A DNA stretch of 64,000 bases from Candidatus Freyarchaeum deiterrae (GCA_037305845.1 CP147778.1:3456001-3520000); one strand, 5' to 3'; counted from the first letter of the stretch, positions 1 to 10,816 are shown. The notes: generated by a model from the sequence alone, not told the origin. Program-made: numbers and translations.

Positions 1-162
1 TAAAACTGCAAAACAAAAGAAATCAAAGAAGCCGCAGAAACAGTAAAGAAGCTCAAGAAAATCACAGTAAAGAAATTAGATGCTAACCAAAATTCCTAAT
101 CTAAAAACTCGCTTCTTAAATTAAAAAATATGAAAAAATAAAAAGTAAAAATTAAAATTTTT

Positions 163-1950
163 TTACGCTTCTTCGGATGCGCCTCTGGCTTTGACTTTTT
201 CTTCTTCCACTTCCTCGGCTTTGGGTGGTTCGATTCCCTCTAGCCATACTGAAAGGATTAGTCCTAGGTCAGGTGGTGATAGGTTCGCTTCCTGATCTAT
301 TATTACGTCTATTACGGCGGGTTTGTTTGATTTCACTGCTCTCTGTAAGGCTGGTCGAATCTCTCCCGGTTCTTCCACGCGTTCTCCATAGCATCCCATG
401 GCTTGAGCCACAAGGTCGTACCTTATGTCTGTGAAGTCGACTCCTATGTATCTCTCTCCAAAGCTGAGTTTTTGTCCGCCCTTTATCATCCCCCACTGGC
501 GATCGTTGTTTATGATAACAACTATTGGTACGCCCAATCTCGCAGCAGTTTCCAATTCATGAATCTGAAGCGTGAAGGAACCGTCCCCACAAACAGCGTA
601 TACTGGCCTTTTGGGTTCTGTGAGTTTCGCTGCTATCGCGTAGGGGAGTCCTACTCCCAAGTGTCCCGAGTCCGCTGCTTGCAGAAATGTTCCGGGCTCG
701 TATATTTTGTTTACGTAAGTATACCATAATGTGGTATTTCCTCCATCTACAACGCATATTGCGTTTTTGGGGAAGAACTCTCTCGCCTCTTTGATAACTC
801 TCAAGGGGTGAATAGGCTTCATGTCTGATTCCGCAAAATCTTTAACGCTTGCAAATTGCATTTCTTGAACCTGCCTGCAGGCCTGTATATTGGGATTGGG
901 GGGTCTCTTGTTGGTCGTTTTTTTGACTTCTTCAATTATCGCTCTCAGAGTGGCTTTGGCGTCTCCCACGATGGCAACATCCACATCGCGGTTTACTCCT
1001 ATCATTTGGGGGTCGATGTCTATTTGGATGAATTTCTGTTCCTCAGGGGTCTTCCATGCGGGTGGTTGACCCCAGAAATCATAATCACACAAGCTGCTTC
1101 CCACAACTAGAACAGTGTCTGCTTGAGTTTGGGCGGTTAGCGCCCCGTACGTGGCAGCTGTGAAGTACAGAGGGTGATCAGTTGGTAGGGCGTCTCGGGC
1201 GCACACGGTTCCAGTAACCGCTGCTCCCAAATGTTCGGCGAGCTCCGCGATTTCTTTACTGGCTTTTGACCGCATGACCCCTCCACCAGGGTGGATAAGG
1301 GGGAACTTTGCTTCCACGAGCATTTTTGCAGCCTGTTTCACAAGCTCCGGGTTCCCAACAGGGGGTTTAGTCGCGCGGTATCTTTCCACTGGGGCGATGC
1401 GAACACTTTCTTCGGGTCCAGTTTCAAACAGAATGTTTACGGGAATGTCGAGGTGCACTGGTCCCGGTTGGCCGGCGGTTGCGTTGCGGAATGCCTGCCG
1501 CACCAATTCCGGTATCCTCTTCCAGTGGGAAATCATGGCGTTCCATTTCACCACTCCCTTGAATAGCGCAAGTTGGTCTAATCCCTGAGTAGACCCGTGG
1601 TCGGGGTATGATTTCCATGTCTGGTTCTGCACTGTCAGCACCACCATGGGGATGCTGTCCGCGTAAGCGGGGTAAACTCCAGGGACTAGGTCGACGGCTC
1701 CTGGGCCTACTGTTCCCAGGCATACTCCTGGATTACCGGTGAGGCGGGCGTAGGCGTCTGCCATGTGGGCTGCTGATTGTTCGTGTCTGGTTCCTACGTA
1801 TTCTACTCCTAGGTTTTTTCCCTCTCTATATAGTGCGTCCATGAAGGGTAGCCATTGTCCTCCAACAATCCCGAATATGAAGCGCACCTTTTCTTGAGCT
1901 ATACACCTTAGAAGTAAATCTCCTCCAGAAATATTCAAATCGTTACACAC
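163..1950 (-). CDS. Thiamine diphosphate-dependent enzyme, acetolactate synthase large-subunit superfamily
   Basis: N-terminal RHEQSAAHMADAYAR and GPGA motifs, GPVHLDIP, C-terminal TPP-binding GDGSF...NNDRQWGM. Substrate cannot be determined. Confidence 0.9.
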   Translation of the reverse strand: MCNDLNISGGDLLLRCIAQEKVRFIFGIVGGQWLPFMDALYREGKNLGVEYVGTRHEQSAAHMADAYARLTGNPGVCLGTVGPGAVDLVPGVYPAYADSIPMVVLTVQNQTWKSYPDHGSTQGLDQLALFKGVVKWNAMISHWKRIPELVRQAFRNATAGQPGPVHLDIPVNILFETGPEESVRIAPVERYRATKPPVGNPELVKQAAKMLVEAKFPLIHPGGGVMRSKASKEIAELAEHLGAAVTGTVCARDALPTDHPLYFTAATYGALTAQTQADTVLVVGSSLCDYDFWGQPPAWKTPEEQKFIQIDIDPQMIGVNRDVDVAIVGDAKATLRAIIEEVKKTTNKRPPNPNIQACRQVQEMQFASVKDFAESDMKPIHPLRVIKEAREFFPKNAICVVDGGNTTLWYTYVNKIYEPGTFLQAADSGHLGVGLPYAIAAKLTEPKRPVYAVCGDGSFTLQIHELETAARLGVPIVVIINNDRQWGMIKGGQKLSFGERYIGVDFTDIRYDLVAQAMGCYGERVEEPGEIRPALQRAVKSNKPAVIDVIIDQEANLSPPDLGLILSVWLEGIEPPKAEEVEEEKVKARGASEEA

Positions 1951-2301
1951 CTCTCAAAATAGGATTTTCAAAATATGGTTGTAATTTTATAGTTCTCTAA
2001 TTTATTATTTCTTTGGGTTTCCATCAAAGGTTTTCAATAATCCAAAATTTACCGAGGTAATTTTTACTGAATCTATCTTTCCCAGTGAAAAAAGATTCTT
2101 ATGCACTATTTGGTATTAGAACTTGTTGGGAATTGAAAGTTAAAAAAATTTAAAAAGGTATTTTGAACTTTTTACATAAAGTATAGAGGAATAATTTTCC
2201 AATACTTAAATATGCTATGATTCATTTTGAAATTTAGAATATAAATAACATAGTGATTCATCAATTGGATTAGAATTAAGGCACTGGGAGAATTAGATGA
2301 G

Positions 2302-4839
2302 GTGGAATTTATGGAAGGATTAGAGAAGCTAGGTGTATTCTATTTAGGTAAGGAATACGATTTAGAAGAAAAAAAGATTATTGATCGTCCTGTAATGTAC
2401 GATGCCCGTGATCTAACTACACATGCGGTCTGTGTGGGTATGACAGGCAGCGGCAAGACAGGACTCTGCATTGCTCTGCTAGAGGAAGCGGCAATCGACA
2501 GTGTGCCCGCAATTATTATTGACCCCAAAGGTGATATAACCAATCTGCTACTCAACTTTCCTGAGCTGCGGCCGGAGGATTTTCAGCCTTGGATTAATAT
2601 GGATGATGCGCGCCGCAAGGGAATGAGTGTGGAAGAGTATTCTAAGAAGGTCGCTACTGACTGGCGCAATGGACTCGCCGAGTGGGGTGAGGGCCCGGAG
2701 CGTATCCAACGTCTTAAAGACAGCGCCGAATTCTTGATTTATACCCCTGGCTCAGATACTGGCTTGCCAGTTAATATTCTGCACTCCTTTGACGCCCCAG
2801 AACTAGATTGGGAAGAAAACAAGGAATTGTTGCGAGAGAAAATTCAAGGCACTGTTTCAGCGATACTAGGTTTGGTGGGCATAGAGGCTGATCCTGTACG
2901 CAGCCGTGAGCACATTCTGCTCTCAAACATATTTGAGTACGCCTGGCGTAAAGGAGAAAATCTAGACATTGCCAAGCTAATCACCATGGTGCAAAATCCA
3001 CCTATGCGCAAGCTGGGGGTTTTTCAGATGGATACTTTCTACCCCGAGAAGGAACGCTTTGAATTAGCTATTGCACTAAACAACCTCCTTGCTGCCCCCG
3101 GTTTCGAACGTTGGTTGGAGGGGCAACCGCTGGACATCGGAAAGATCCTATACGGACCTAGCGGCAAGCCCCGTATGGCCATCTTTTACACCGCGCATCT
3201 TAATGATGCTGAGCGTATGTTCTTTGTTACACTATTATTGCAGCAGGTTCTGACCTGGGTGCGGAGTCAGCCTGGCACTACCAGCCTGCGGGCGCTGGTT
3301 TATTTCGACGAAGTGTTCGGTTACTTCCCGCCGGTGGGTGAGCCGCCTTCTAAGCGGCCACTACTTACACTGCTCAAGCAGGCGCGGGCCTTTGGTTTAG
3401 GCTTGGTGCTGACCACGCAGAATCCCGTAGACTTGGACTACAAAGGGCTGACTAATGCAGGCACTTGGTTTATTGGTAAACTGCAAACGGAAAGGGACAA
3501 GGCACGTGTGCTTGAAGGTGTAGAAAGCGTTGTGTCCGCATCAGGAACAACCCTTGACCGCAACTATCTTGATAAGCTCATCTCCTCGCTTGGTTCTAGG
3601 GTATTCCTGCTGCATAATATTAACGAGGAAAAGCCCATTGTTTTTCAAACTCGGTGGGCTATGAGCTACCTGCGTGGGCCTCTAACTCGCAGTCAGATAA
3701 AGCAACTAATGAAGAACATAAAAGAACAGGAAGGGATCCCTAGTATTCCAAGCACTCCTGAGGTTAAGATTAAAGCTAGAGCTGCAGCACCCTCTTCTAG
3801 GGAAGAGCTACCCGCGGGCCTCAGTTCTCAACCTCCGGCTTTGGCACCTGGTATTGAACAGGTTTTTCTGCCCGCACTGCTTTCGCTAGAGCAGGCAGTA
3901 CTTCAATTGAAAAAAAGAGAAGGTTCTTCCTTGAATATGAAGGGGGATCGATTGATTTATGAACCGGCACTTTTAGGCATGGCTGACATAAATTTTATCG
4001 ACCGCAAATACAATTTTAGTGAAAGCCGTAAAGTGACGCTATTGTTGGAGGTGCCTGAATCACAAGGATTGCTAAAATGGGAAGAGGCTGAATCGTTGAA
4101 TATCTCCCCTAAAAAACTCGCTAATAAACCCTTGGGCGAAGCGTTGTTTTCTGAAGTACCTGCCTCAGTAAGCGATGCTAGTAAGCTAAAAATTCTGGCA
4201 AAAGACTTCACCGATTACCTCTATCGTAATCAGGCAGTAGTGTTGTACTACAACCCATCTCTAAACCTTTATTCTAAGCCTAACGAGGCTCAAGGAGAGT
4301 TCACGGTACGCTGTCGCGAGGTGGCGCGAGAAAAAAGAGATTCCGAAGTGGACACGATGTCGGATCAGTACAAACGAATGACTGATAAGTTGCAGGGCCA
4401 AATGACACTGAAGAAGCGAAAGCTAGCAAAGGTAAAGAGTGAATACGACACCCGCAAAAGAGAGGAGTTCTTTGCCACAGGAGATGCAGTGATTGAATTA
4501 ATCAAGGGCCGAAGAAGTCAGGCTCTCTCTACGATATCTCGTAAGAAACAGGTAACCGGCCAAGTCAAAGCAAAAGTTCAAGATTCAAAGGACACTATTT
4601 CCGATTTGCAAGATGATATCGCTAAGTTGCAGGCGGAACTTAATAAAAAGATAGAGGGTATTACTCGTAGCTGGGATAATGTCTTGAAAGATATACAAGA
4701 AATTCGGATTACGCCCCGCAAAACTGACATAGGTGTGGAACTCTTTGCATTAGCATGGGCCCCAAAGTGGGAAATAACTTACAAGGATGCTAATGGAAGG
4801 GAGCGTACTGATGACATTCACGCATACACAGCACCCTGA
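2302..4839 (+). CDS. HerA/FtsK-like ATPase (DUF87/DUF853 type) with C-terminal coiled coil
   Basis: Walker A GMTGSGKT, IIDPKGD, Walker B VYFDE, KQARAFG and TTQNP motifs; helical charged segment near the C-terminus. Confidence 0.85.
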   Translation: MEFMEGLEKLGVFYLGKEYDLEEKKIIDRPVMYDARDLTTHAVCVGMTGSGKTGLCIALLEEAAIDSVPAIIIDPKGDITNLLLNFPELRPEDFQPWINMDDARRKGMSVEEYSKKVATDWRNGLAEWGEGPERIQRLKDSAEFLIYTPGSDTGLPVNILHSFDAPELDWEENKELLREKIQGTVSAILGLVGIEADPVRSREHILLSNIFEYAWRKGENLDIAKLITMVQNPPMRKLGVFQMDTFYPEKERFELAIALNNLLAAPGFERWLEGQPLDIGKILYGPSGKPRMAIFYTAHLNDAERMFFVTLLLQQVLTWVRSQPGTTSLRALVYFDEVFGYFPPVGEPPSKRPLLTLLKQARAFGLGLVLTTQNPVDLDYKGLTNAGTWFIGKLQTERDKARVLEGVESVVSASGTTLDRNYLDKLISSLGSRVFLLHNINEEKPIVFQTRWAMSYLRGPLTRSQIKQLMKNIKEQEGIPSIPSTPEVKIKARAAAPSSREELPAGLSSQPPALAPGIEQVFLPALLSLEQAVLQLKKREGSSLNMKGDRLIYEPALLGMADINFIDRKYNFSESRKVTLLLEVPESQGLLKWEEAESLNISPKKLANKPLGEALFSEVPASVSDASKLKILAKDFTDYLYRNQAVVLYYNPSLNLYSKPNEAQGEFTVRCREVAREKRDSEVDTMSDQYKRMTDKLQGQMTLKKRKLAKVKSEYDTRKREEFFATGDAVIELIKGRRSQALSTISRKKQVTGQVKAKVQDSKDTISDLQDDIAKLQAELNKKIEGITRSWDNVLKDIQEIRITPRKTDIGVELFALAWAPKWEITYKDANGRERTDDIHAYTAP

Positions 4840-4989
4840 GCTCCTTACTTATTACTATTATGATTCTATAAGCTCGCTTAATCGATTCTCCCAAGACTTT
4901 CCAGAATTTAAACCCTAAAAAACAATCTTCCTGCACAAATGAAAACACCTATAAAATCCAACAATAAAAATATTCTAAGGCGGTAGCGT

Positions 4990-5958
4990 TTGAATATTAA
5001 GGACATTTGTGCAAAGCTCAGACGTTTACTGGAAGACTCCGTTAAAAGAAACCTTGCTGATGGTATACTGCTCTCAGGAGGCCTAGACACCTCCATAATA
5101 GCAACATTAGCATCCAAACATCGGAAGTTGAAGGCGTTTACTGTGGCTTTCGAGGAAGCCCCCTCGCCAGACATCGAATACGCGAAGCAAATCGCTGAAA
5201 AACTGAAACTGGAACACACCATCTACGAGATGAGCATGGATAAGATTTACGCGGAGCTTCCCACAGTTATTATTGCAATGAATTCTTTCGACCCTATGGA
5301 GATACGGAACAGTATTGTTATCCTAGTGGGCTTAGAAGCAGCAAATGAAGCAGGGGTCAACACAATACTCACCGGAGATGGAGCCGACGAACTCTTCGCA
5401 GGCTACAGCTTCCTCTTCAAATATTCCAAAGAAGAACTGAAACGTGAACTCCAAAAACTATGGGAAAACATGCATTTCTCAACAAGGGATCTTGCGGCGC
5501 ATCTCAACATGGAAGCCAAGCTACCCTACTTGGATGAAGCCTTCCAGTCCTTCGCAAAACAGATAGACCCAGAACTCAAAGTCCATAAAGAAAAAGAAGG
5601 CATGATTGGAAAATGGATTCTCAGAAAAGCCTTCGAGGAAATCCTGCCACAAAACATCGTCTGGAGAGTAAAAACCCCCATAGAGCAGGGCTCAGGAACA
5701 GCTTACCTACCCAAAATATTTAGCCAGTTAATTTCGGACACAGAATTTGAGGAGAAAAAGCAAAAAATATTGCAAGAGGATCATGTTGAGATTAGAGACA
5801 AGGAACAATTAACCTACTATGAGATATACCGCTGCGAGATAGGCGTCCCCTCCTCCAAGAAAAAAGAAGGAAGAAAATGTCCAAAATGCAACTCGAATGT
5901 CCCTAAAAACGCCACCTACTGTAGAACCTGCGGAGCTTACCCTATCTCACGCTCATAG
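4990..5958 (+). CDS. Asparagine synthase C-terminal-domain protein with C-terminal zinc ribbon
   Basis: LLSGGLDTS PP-loop, TGDGADELFAGY, PYLD, KWILRKAF; CPKC...CRTC at the end; no glutaminase domain. Confidence 0.85.
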   Translation: MNIKDICAKLRRLLEDSVKRNLADGILLSGGLDTSIIATLASKHRKLKAFTVAFEEAPSPDIEYAKQIAEKLKLEHTIYEMSMDKIYAELPTVIIAMNSFDPMEIRNSIVILVGLEAANEAGVNTILTGDGADELFAGYSFLFKYSKEELKRELQKLWENMHFSTRDLAAHLNMEAKLPYLDEAFQSFAKQIDPELKVHKEKEGMIGKWILRKAFEEILPQNIVWRVKTPIEQGSGTAYLPKIFSQLISDTEFEEKKQKILQEDHVEIRDKEQLTYYEIYRCEIGVPSSKKKEGRKCPKCNSNVPKNATYCRTCGAYPISRS

Positions 5959-6240
5959 ATTCTAAATCTCGAGTAAGTAGTGCTGCTGAAAATCGGATTT
6001 TTAACAATAAAAAAATAGAGCGGATGTTTTGCATGCTTCAATCTGGAGAATTATATTTCTCTGGAGGAATAGATAACTATCGCCAATGAATTTTTCAAGT
6101 CTATTAGAGGAAGTGTAGGTGGACGAAAAAATGGAAGCAGAAACCTTACTGCTATCATGTTACCTGAAAAACTTGGCCGCGTTTAAAAGAGCTTATGTCA
6201 ACACCCGTGGTAGCACAAATAATAAACTTAATATATAGGG

Positions 6241-6999
6241 GTGAACAGAAAGGAAGGCAGAATATTAGGAGTGGCGAAAAGGAAATTGCCTAGAACTGCA
6301 TTGCTGACTGGGTCAGTTGGAGGAGTATTTGGAGCCATAGCGGGCAGTATAGGGGTAATATGGAGCATAGTAGACTTGGTATATGTGATGGAGTTAGCTA
6401 GAGCGATGAAAGACTCCCTCCTCACGATAGTTGATATTTTTAGATACTCGCCCACTTTAATGTTTTTTTACGGATCAAGCTTTGCTCCTATAAATGGACT
6501 TTTTTTCGAGTTTTCGCTCATACTGGCCATACTTCTCATAGCTGGCGGCATTTTCACCGGCGTGGGCTTCTACGGCGTACGCAAAGCGGGAGCAGGCACA
6601 ATGGGCTCTGTTGGACTCGTCTCCGGAATCATTGGAGGTACAGCTGGTGGCTTATTCCTAATTCTGGGAAATTTAATACCTGCATCGCTTAATCTAGCCT
6701 ACTTTGTAACCATTTCAGTGCCAAATTATCTTCTCATCTTTATAGGTTTTGCAATACTCGGGGTTTCCCTTATCCTGATGGGTGTGTCCAGCATAGTTGT
6801 ACGCTATGTAACCGAACATTCTTCGGCTGCCGTAGTCGCAGGAGTCCTGAGCATAGTAGGAGGCTGCCTTCTTCCTTTTTACATCGCAACTTCGCTCATA
6901 AGTATAGGTGGAGACCTCATGGTACTAACTGGCTTCGCTTTTATAATATCGGCTTTCACAATTTGGGCCATTGTTTTCTACCGCTCCAGAAACATTTAA
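6241..6999 (+). CDS. Multi-pass membrane protein of unknown function, paralog of 43824-44636
   Basis: About 6 hydrophobic helices; shares R-x-ALL-x-G, GFYGV-x-K-x-G, PNY/PNF and YRSRNI/YSSRNL with the 43824 ORF. Confidence 0.7.
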   Translation: MNRKEGRILGVAKRKLPRTALLTGSVGGVFGAIAGSIGVIWSIVDLVYVMELARAMKDSLLTIVDIFRYSPTLMFFYGSSFAPINGLFFEFSLILAILLIAGGIFTGVGFYGVRKAGAGTMGSVGLVSGIIGGTAGGLFLILGNLIPASLNLAYFVTISVPNYLLIFIGFAILGVSLILMGVSSIVVRYVTEHSSAAVVAGVLSIVGGCLLPFYIATSLISIGGDLMVLTGFAFIISAFTIWAIVFYRSRNI

Positions 7000-7231
7000 G
7001 GAAAAGATAGCAGTAATAAGAGACGCAAGGAATTGGGGGTTCCGGGGTCTCGTCTGGATTTTTCAGATATTAGTGTCTTCTTTTGCTAAGTTGTCTCCTT
7101 TCCTGTTTCAGAAAGATATTTTAACCTTATCCCCTTTTTCTATTACCGAAATCGGGAGTTTTCTCGAGATTCCTTTTAGGAGGAGCATTAGGTTTAACTG
7201 GTAACCTATGAGATATTTTCGAGGTGGTTTT

Positions 7232-8458
7232 ATGAAGATTGTGATTATTGGTTTCAGTTTAGCGGGCTATACTGCGTCTAGATATATTTTAATGAACGCC
7301 CCTAAGACTGAGATGGAGATTTTCGATCAGGATAAATATCCTTATTATCCTCGTCCTTCCCTTTACGAGGTTTTATCCGGAGAATCACCTACTGATAAAA
7401 TTATTCTTCATCCAGCTGAATGGTATGAGGAACGCGGGATTAAACTACATTTGGGTGTATCCGTAAAATCTATTAAACCCACGGATAAGGAGATTGTTCT
7501 GGCCGATGGCGAAACAGTTTCATATGATAAACTTCTCATAGCTAACGGGGCTCGCCCATCAATCCCTCCGTTGAAGGGTACTGATAAAAAAGGAGTCTTC
7601 GCCATCAGAACTATTGATAATGTTCTAGCCATAAGAGAGTACGCTAAGGGTAAGAAGAATGCGGTTGTTATAGGAGGAGGTTTGCTAGGATTAGAGGCGT
7701 CTGATGCTCTGGGGAAGCTTGGTCTAAAAACTACGGTACTTGAATTCGCTCCTTGGCTTCTTCCCCGACAAATAGACCGTGAGGGTTCAGATTTGCTCAT
7801 TAGCGAATTCGAAAAAAGGGGAGTGGAAACCAAGTGCGGAGCGGAAACCGAAGAGATTACTGGAGATACCAGTGTTACAGGAGTAAAAGTAAAGGGCGGA
7901 TACACTATTCCCGCACAACTCGTCGTATTCGCCACCGGTATACGGAGCAACACTGAACTACCCAAAGTAGCAGGCATAAACGTGAATAAGGGAGTCATTG
8001 TAGACGACCATCTACGAACCAACATAGAGGACATCTATGCTGCAGGAGATGTAGCCGAGCACAAGGGAAGAGTGTACGGCATAATACCAGCCACCACCGA
8101 GCAGGCTCAGATAGCAGCGGCAAACATGATAGGAAAAGAAACCAGTTACAATGGAACCGTTGCTTTAAACACACTGAAAGTTGCGGAATACGATCTGACC
8201 TCAATAGGCCTAGTTAACCCCGAAAGTAACGAATACGAACAAATCCGAAAGGTGGACGCCGACAAGTGCATCTACAAAAAAATAGTTCTAAAAGAAGGAA
8301 AAATCGTGGGAGCAATGCTGATCGGTGACCGAAAGATAGTGAAACCCATGACCGACATAATCTCAAGAGGAATAAACGTTGAGGAAGTTAAACAGGAAAT
8401 ACTAGAAGAAGATTTCGACTTCAAACAGTTCATCGAAAAAAACAGCCCAAAACCTTGA
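7232..8458 (+). CDS. FAD/NAD(P)-dependent oxidoreductase (NADH:rubredoxin reductase / NirB N-terminal-like)
   Basis: YDKLLIANG, VIGGGLLGLE, IYAAGDVAE, TLKVA. Start moved to the ATG at 7232 after GAGGTGG. Confidence 0.88.
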   Translation: MKIVIIGFSLAGYTASRYILMNAPKTEMEIFDQDKYPYYPRPSLYEVLSGESPTDKIILHPAEWYEERGIKLHLGVSVKSIKPTDKEIVLADGETVSYDKLLIANGARPSIPPLKGTDKKGVFAIRTIDNVLAIREYAKGKKNAVVIGGGLLGLEASDALGKLGLKTTVLEFAPWLLPRQIDREGSDLLISEFEKRGVETKCGAETEEITGDTSVTGVKVKGGYTIPAQLVVFATGIRSNTELPKVAGINVNKGVIVDDHLRTNIEDIYAAGDVAEHKGRVYGIIPATTEQAQIAAANMIGKETSYNGTVALNTLKVAEYDLTSIGLVNPESNEYEQIRKVDADKCIYKKIVLKEGKIVGAMLIGDRKIVKPMTDIISRGINVEEVKQEILEEDFDFKQFIEKNSPKP

Positions 8459-8565
8459 AACAGAAATAATAGGCTAAATCAGAACCATTAACCTAAAACT
8501 AGCTCTTTTTCCAAATTTTTTCACGATTCGTAATCTTTATTACATCTTGTAAGATATGTAGACTT

Positions 8566-9429
8566 ATGTCTAGACCTATTTTCCTCAATGTAGGTTATGA
8601 TAATAACGGTAACTTCATTCCCCTACAATATGAAAACGTAGGCATCACAATTGAACACGTGAAATTCGAGAAAGACTCGGGAAGACTGACGGTGTCCGAT
8701 GTTCGCGTCGTTTGGCACAAAGATAAAAGCAGGAAAAAAGAAATCCTCAAAGAGGCTCTGCAGGTAGCGGCGGTAGTTGGCGCAGTAGCTTTAGCCGCTG
8801 CAGCCGGAGGAAGCATGGGACGTGGTGGACGTAGTTGGGCTGGCAATGCCATTGGAAACGCCATGACCGGTGCTGCCTTTGGTTTAGGCGCAGGACTGAT
8901 ATTCCATTCCATGGGTAGAAACGATTTCGAGAATAAGGATAAAGAGGGGAAGCTCGACTCCATAGCAATTCCTCTGGCTTCGATTAAAGACATTCAAACT
9001 GACAGTAAAGGTTTTATCTTATTTTTAGCAAGCGGCGACACCATGGTTTTTGAAGTAAAGGAAACAAAATACTTGCCCGCAATTAAAGCGACGATAATAA
9101 TGAAGAAAGACGAAGGAAAATGCCCATACTGTGGAACAATTGTGCCCCCTGGTAACACAGCATGCCCATCATGTGGAGCACCAGTTAGAGGATCTATAGC
9201 ACCACCATCTCCCGGAGGAGCACCCAGGCCTAGTGCACCTGTGCAGGTTGGCGTACAGGGATCTGCGGCGCAGACAGTAAAATGCGTTAATTGTGGTAGA
9301 ATGGTTCCGTTCTCAAGGTTTTGTCCCGTGTGCGGATCCCCATTAGAAAGTTTCTGTCCTCACTGTGGGAAAGCTATCCCATCAGATGTGCATGGAGAGT
9401 TCTGTCCATTCTGTGGTGGTAAGATCTAA
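8566..9429 (+). CDS. Zinc-ribbon protein with Gly/Ala-zipper segment and PH/GRAM-like N-terminal region
   Basis: Six CxxC motifs at the C-terminus; GAVALAAAAGG...GAAFGLGAG zipper; GRLTVSDVRVVW...IPLASIKDI pattern. Confidence 0.7.
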   Translation: MSRPIFLNVGYDNNGNFIPLQYENVGITIEHVKFEKDSGRLTVSDVRVVWHKDKSRKKEILKEALQVAAVVGAVALAAAAGGSMGRGGRSWAGNAIGNAMTGAAFGLGAGLIFHSMGRNDFENKDKEGKLDSIAIPLASIKDIQTDSKGFILFLASGDTMVFEVKETKYLPAIKATIIMKKDEGKCPYCGTIVPPGNTACPSCGAPVRGSIAPPSPGGAPRPSAPVQVGVQGSAAQTVKCVNCGRMVPFSRFCPVCGSPLESFCPHCGKAIPSDVHGEFCPFCGGKI

Positions 9430-9593
9430 TACTAAAAAGTGCGAAATGAAGGTATAGACCTCCGTGAGGGAACCGCCTCACTTTTTATTTTGGCTATGAA
9501 ACAAACATTTTTGCTGGAGTTATTTCTTGTTCTGGCGCACTTTAATAACTTGAACTTGGCTACTCAAAAAAAGGGTAAAAAAAGTGCGGTAAT

Positions 9594-10406
9594 TTATTTT
9601 ATTTTTGCCTTCAGGCTTCTTTCTTTCGTGGATTTTTCTTTTTTCAGTACAAGCTTATCGAATACTCCGAAGATTCCTAAAGCAAAAAACACTGCAGCTA
9701 CTATCATTACTGATGCGCTTATATCTCCGCTTGCACTTAGCAAGAGGTTTATGTCAGCGACTATGACGCCTATGGCAAAACCCAGAGACCTACCACTTCT
9801 GTTTTTCCAAGTTAGAAAAGAGAAGAGGATTATTGCAGGAATTGAGAGTCCAAGCATGTAAAAAGGTAAAACGGTTAAGTAAGCTTGCGGAATTAATGGT
9901 GGTATCGGGTCTAATAGGGAATTTAGCACGCCAATGAAAGGATCGGTGGTTATTAACGATACCAATGTCGGGCTTACATCCTTGAAAACTATTAACCAAG
10001 GGTTGTCTAAAAAGACACCTGTAACTAGGTATGAAACGTACCTAATGAGGTAAACTGTCATTGATCGGGCCGAATCTACGAGATATATGTGAATTAGCCC
10101 TATTGAAACAATTAACAGTGGGAGTAAGTAGAGTTCCTTAATGCCTATCATCACTAGGGCAATTAGTAGCAAAATCCCGAAAATGGTTAAAGCGGCGAAT
10201 ATTATATCCCAATTACTGCTGATTGGTAGAACACCTGTAAGAGCGAGGTAGTAGCCGAAATAGAATATCGAACCGAAAGCGAAAAATGCGATTAAGAGCA
10301 GCGTGATGTTTATCCTTTTTTTTCGGTAATGGTTGGCTAGGTAAACAACGCAGACCGCGTAAATAGCTGAAATTATGAGAAGTAAAAATGGATCCAATAT
10401 TACCAC
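9594..10406 (-). CDS. Seven-transmembrane protein of unknown function, copy 1
   Basis: Seven hydrophobic stretches; shares ELYLLP, WKNRSGRSLGFA and FALGIFG with 11224-12012. Confidence 0.75.
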   Translation of the reverse strand: MVILDPFLLLIISAIYAVCVVYLANHYRKKRINITLLLIAFFAFGSIFYFGYYLALTGVLPISSNWDIIFAALTIFGILLLIALVMIGIKELYLLPLLIVSIGLIHIYLVDSARSMTVYLIRYVSYLVTGVFLDNPWLIVFKDVSPTLVSLITTDPFIGVLNSLLDPIPPLIPQAYLTVLPFYMLGLSIPAIILFSFLTWKNRSGRSLGFAIGVIVADINLLLSASGDISASVMIVAAVFFALGIFGVFDKLVLKKEKSTKERSLKAKIK

Positions 10407-10816
10407 ATCTCCTTTTCTTTATTACTCATCTTTTCGATTTTTTCTTGACTTTTGTCCTTCACCTTGATAAATTTTTCAAGAGCGTAAAACTCTGAAAGGG
10501 CGTTTATTCTACCCTTTAGGTTTATAGCGGCGAGCCTGGCAATGTGGGGATCTTCCATAACAACTATGACGCCAGTTTTCTCTGTGACCTTCATGAGGAA
10601 CGAGTTATTGTTGTGAATAGTGTCACCTACGTGCATTTCCGAAAGGGGGAACATTTTGTAGTAAGCAATAAACTCCTTGGGAACACTCCCCTTTTCACCC
10701 CATAAATCAAAGTTTATGTCAACTATGGCTAATGCTTCAGGTTTCCAATTACCCCCGTTTCTCTCAACCTGTTCAATCATTTTATCAACACTAGACTCCG
10801 CCAAGACTAGTCCCAA
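10400..10816 (-). CDS. Small soluble protein with predicted Roadblock/LC7 (MglB/longin-like) fold, copy 1
   Basis: Apparent alpha-beta-beta-alpha-beta-beta-beta-alpha pattern (ALAIVD, SFLMKVTEKTGVIVVM); close paralog of 12015-12455. Fold is inference. Confidence 0.6.
   Translation of the reverse strand: MGLVLAESSVDKMIEQVERNGGNWKPEALAIVDINFDLWGEKGSVPKEFIAYYKMFPLSEMHVGDTIHNNNSFLMKVTEKTGVIVVMEDPHIARLAAINLKGRINALSEFYALEKFIKVKDKSQEKIEKMSNKEKEMW

Noticed and set aside
1-99. Possible 3' end of a gene at the window start
   Set aside because: The protein-like frame begins with TAA at position 1 and is too short to call.
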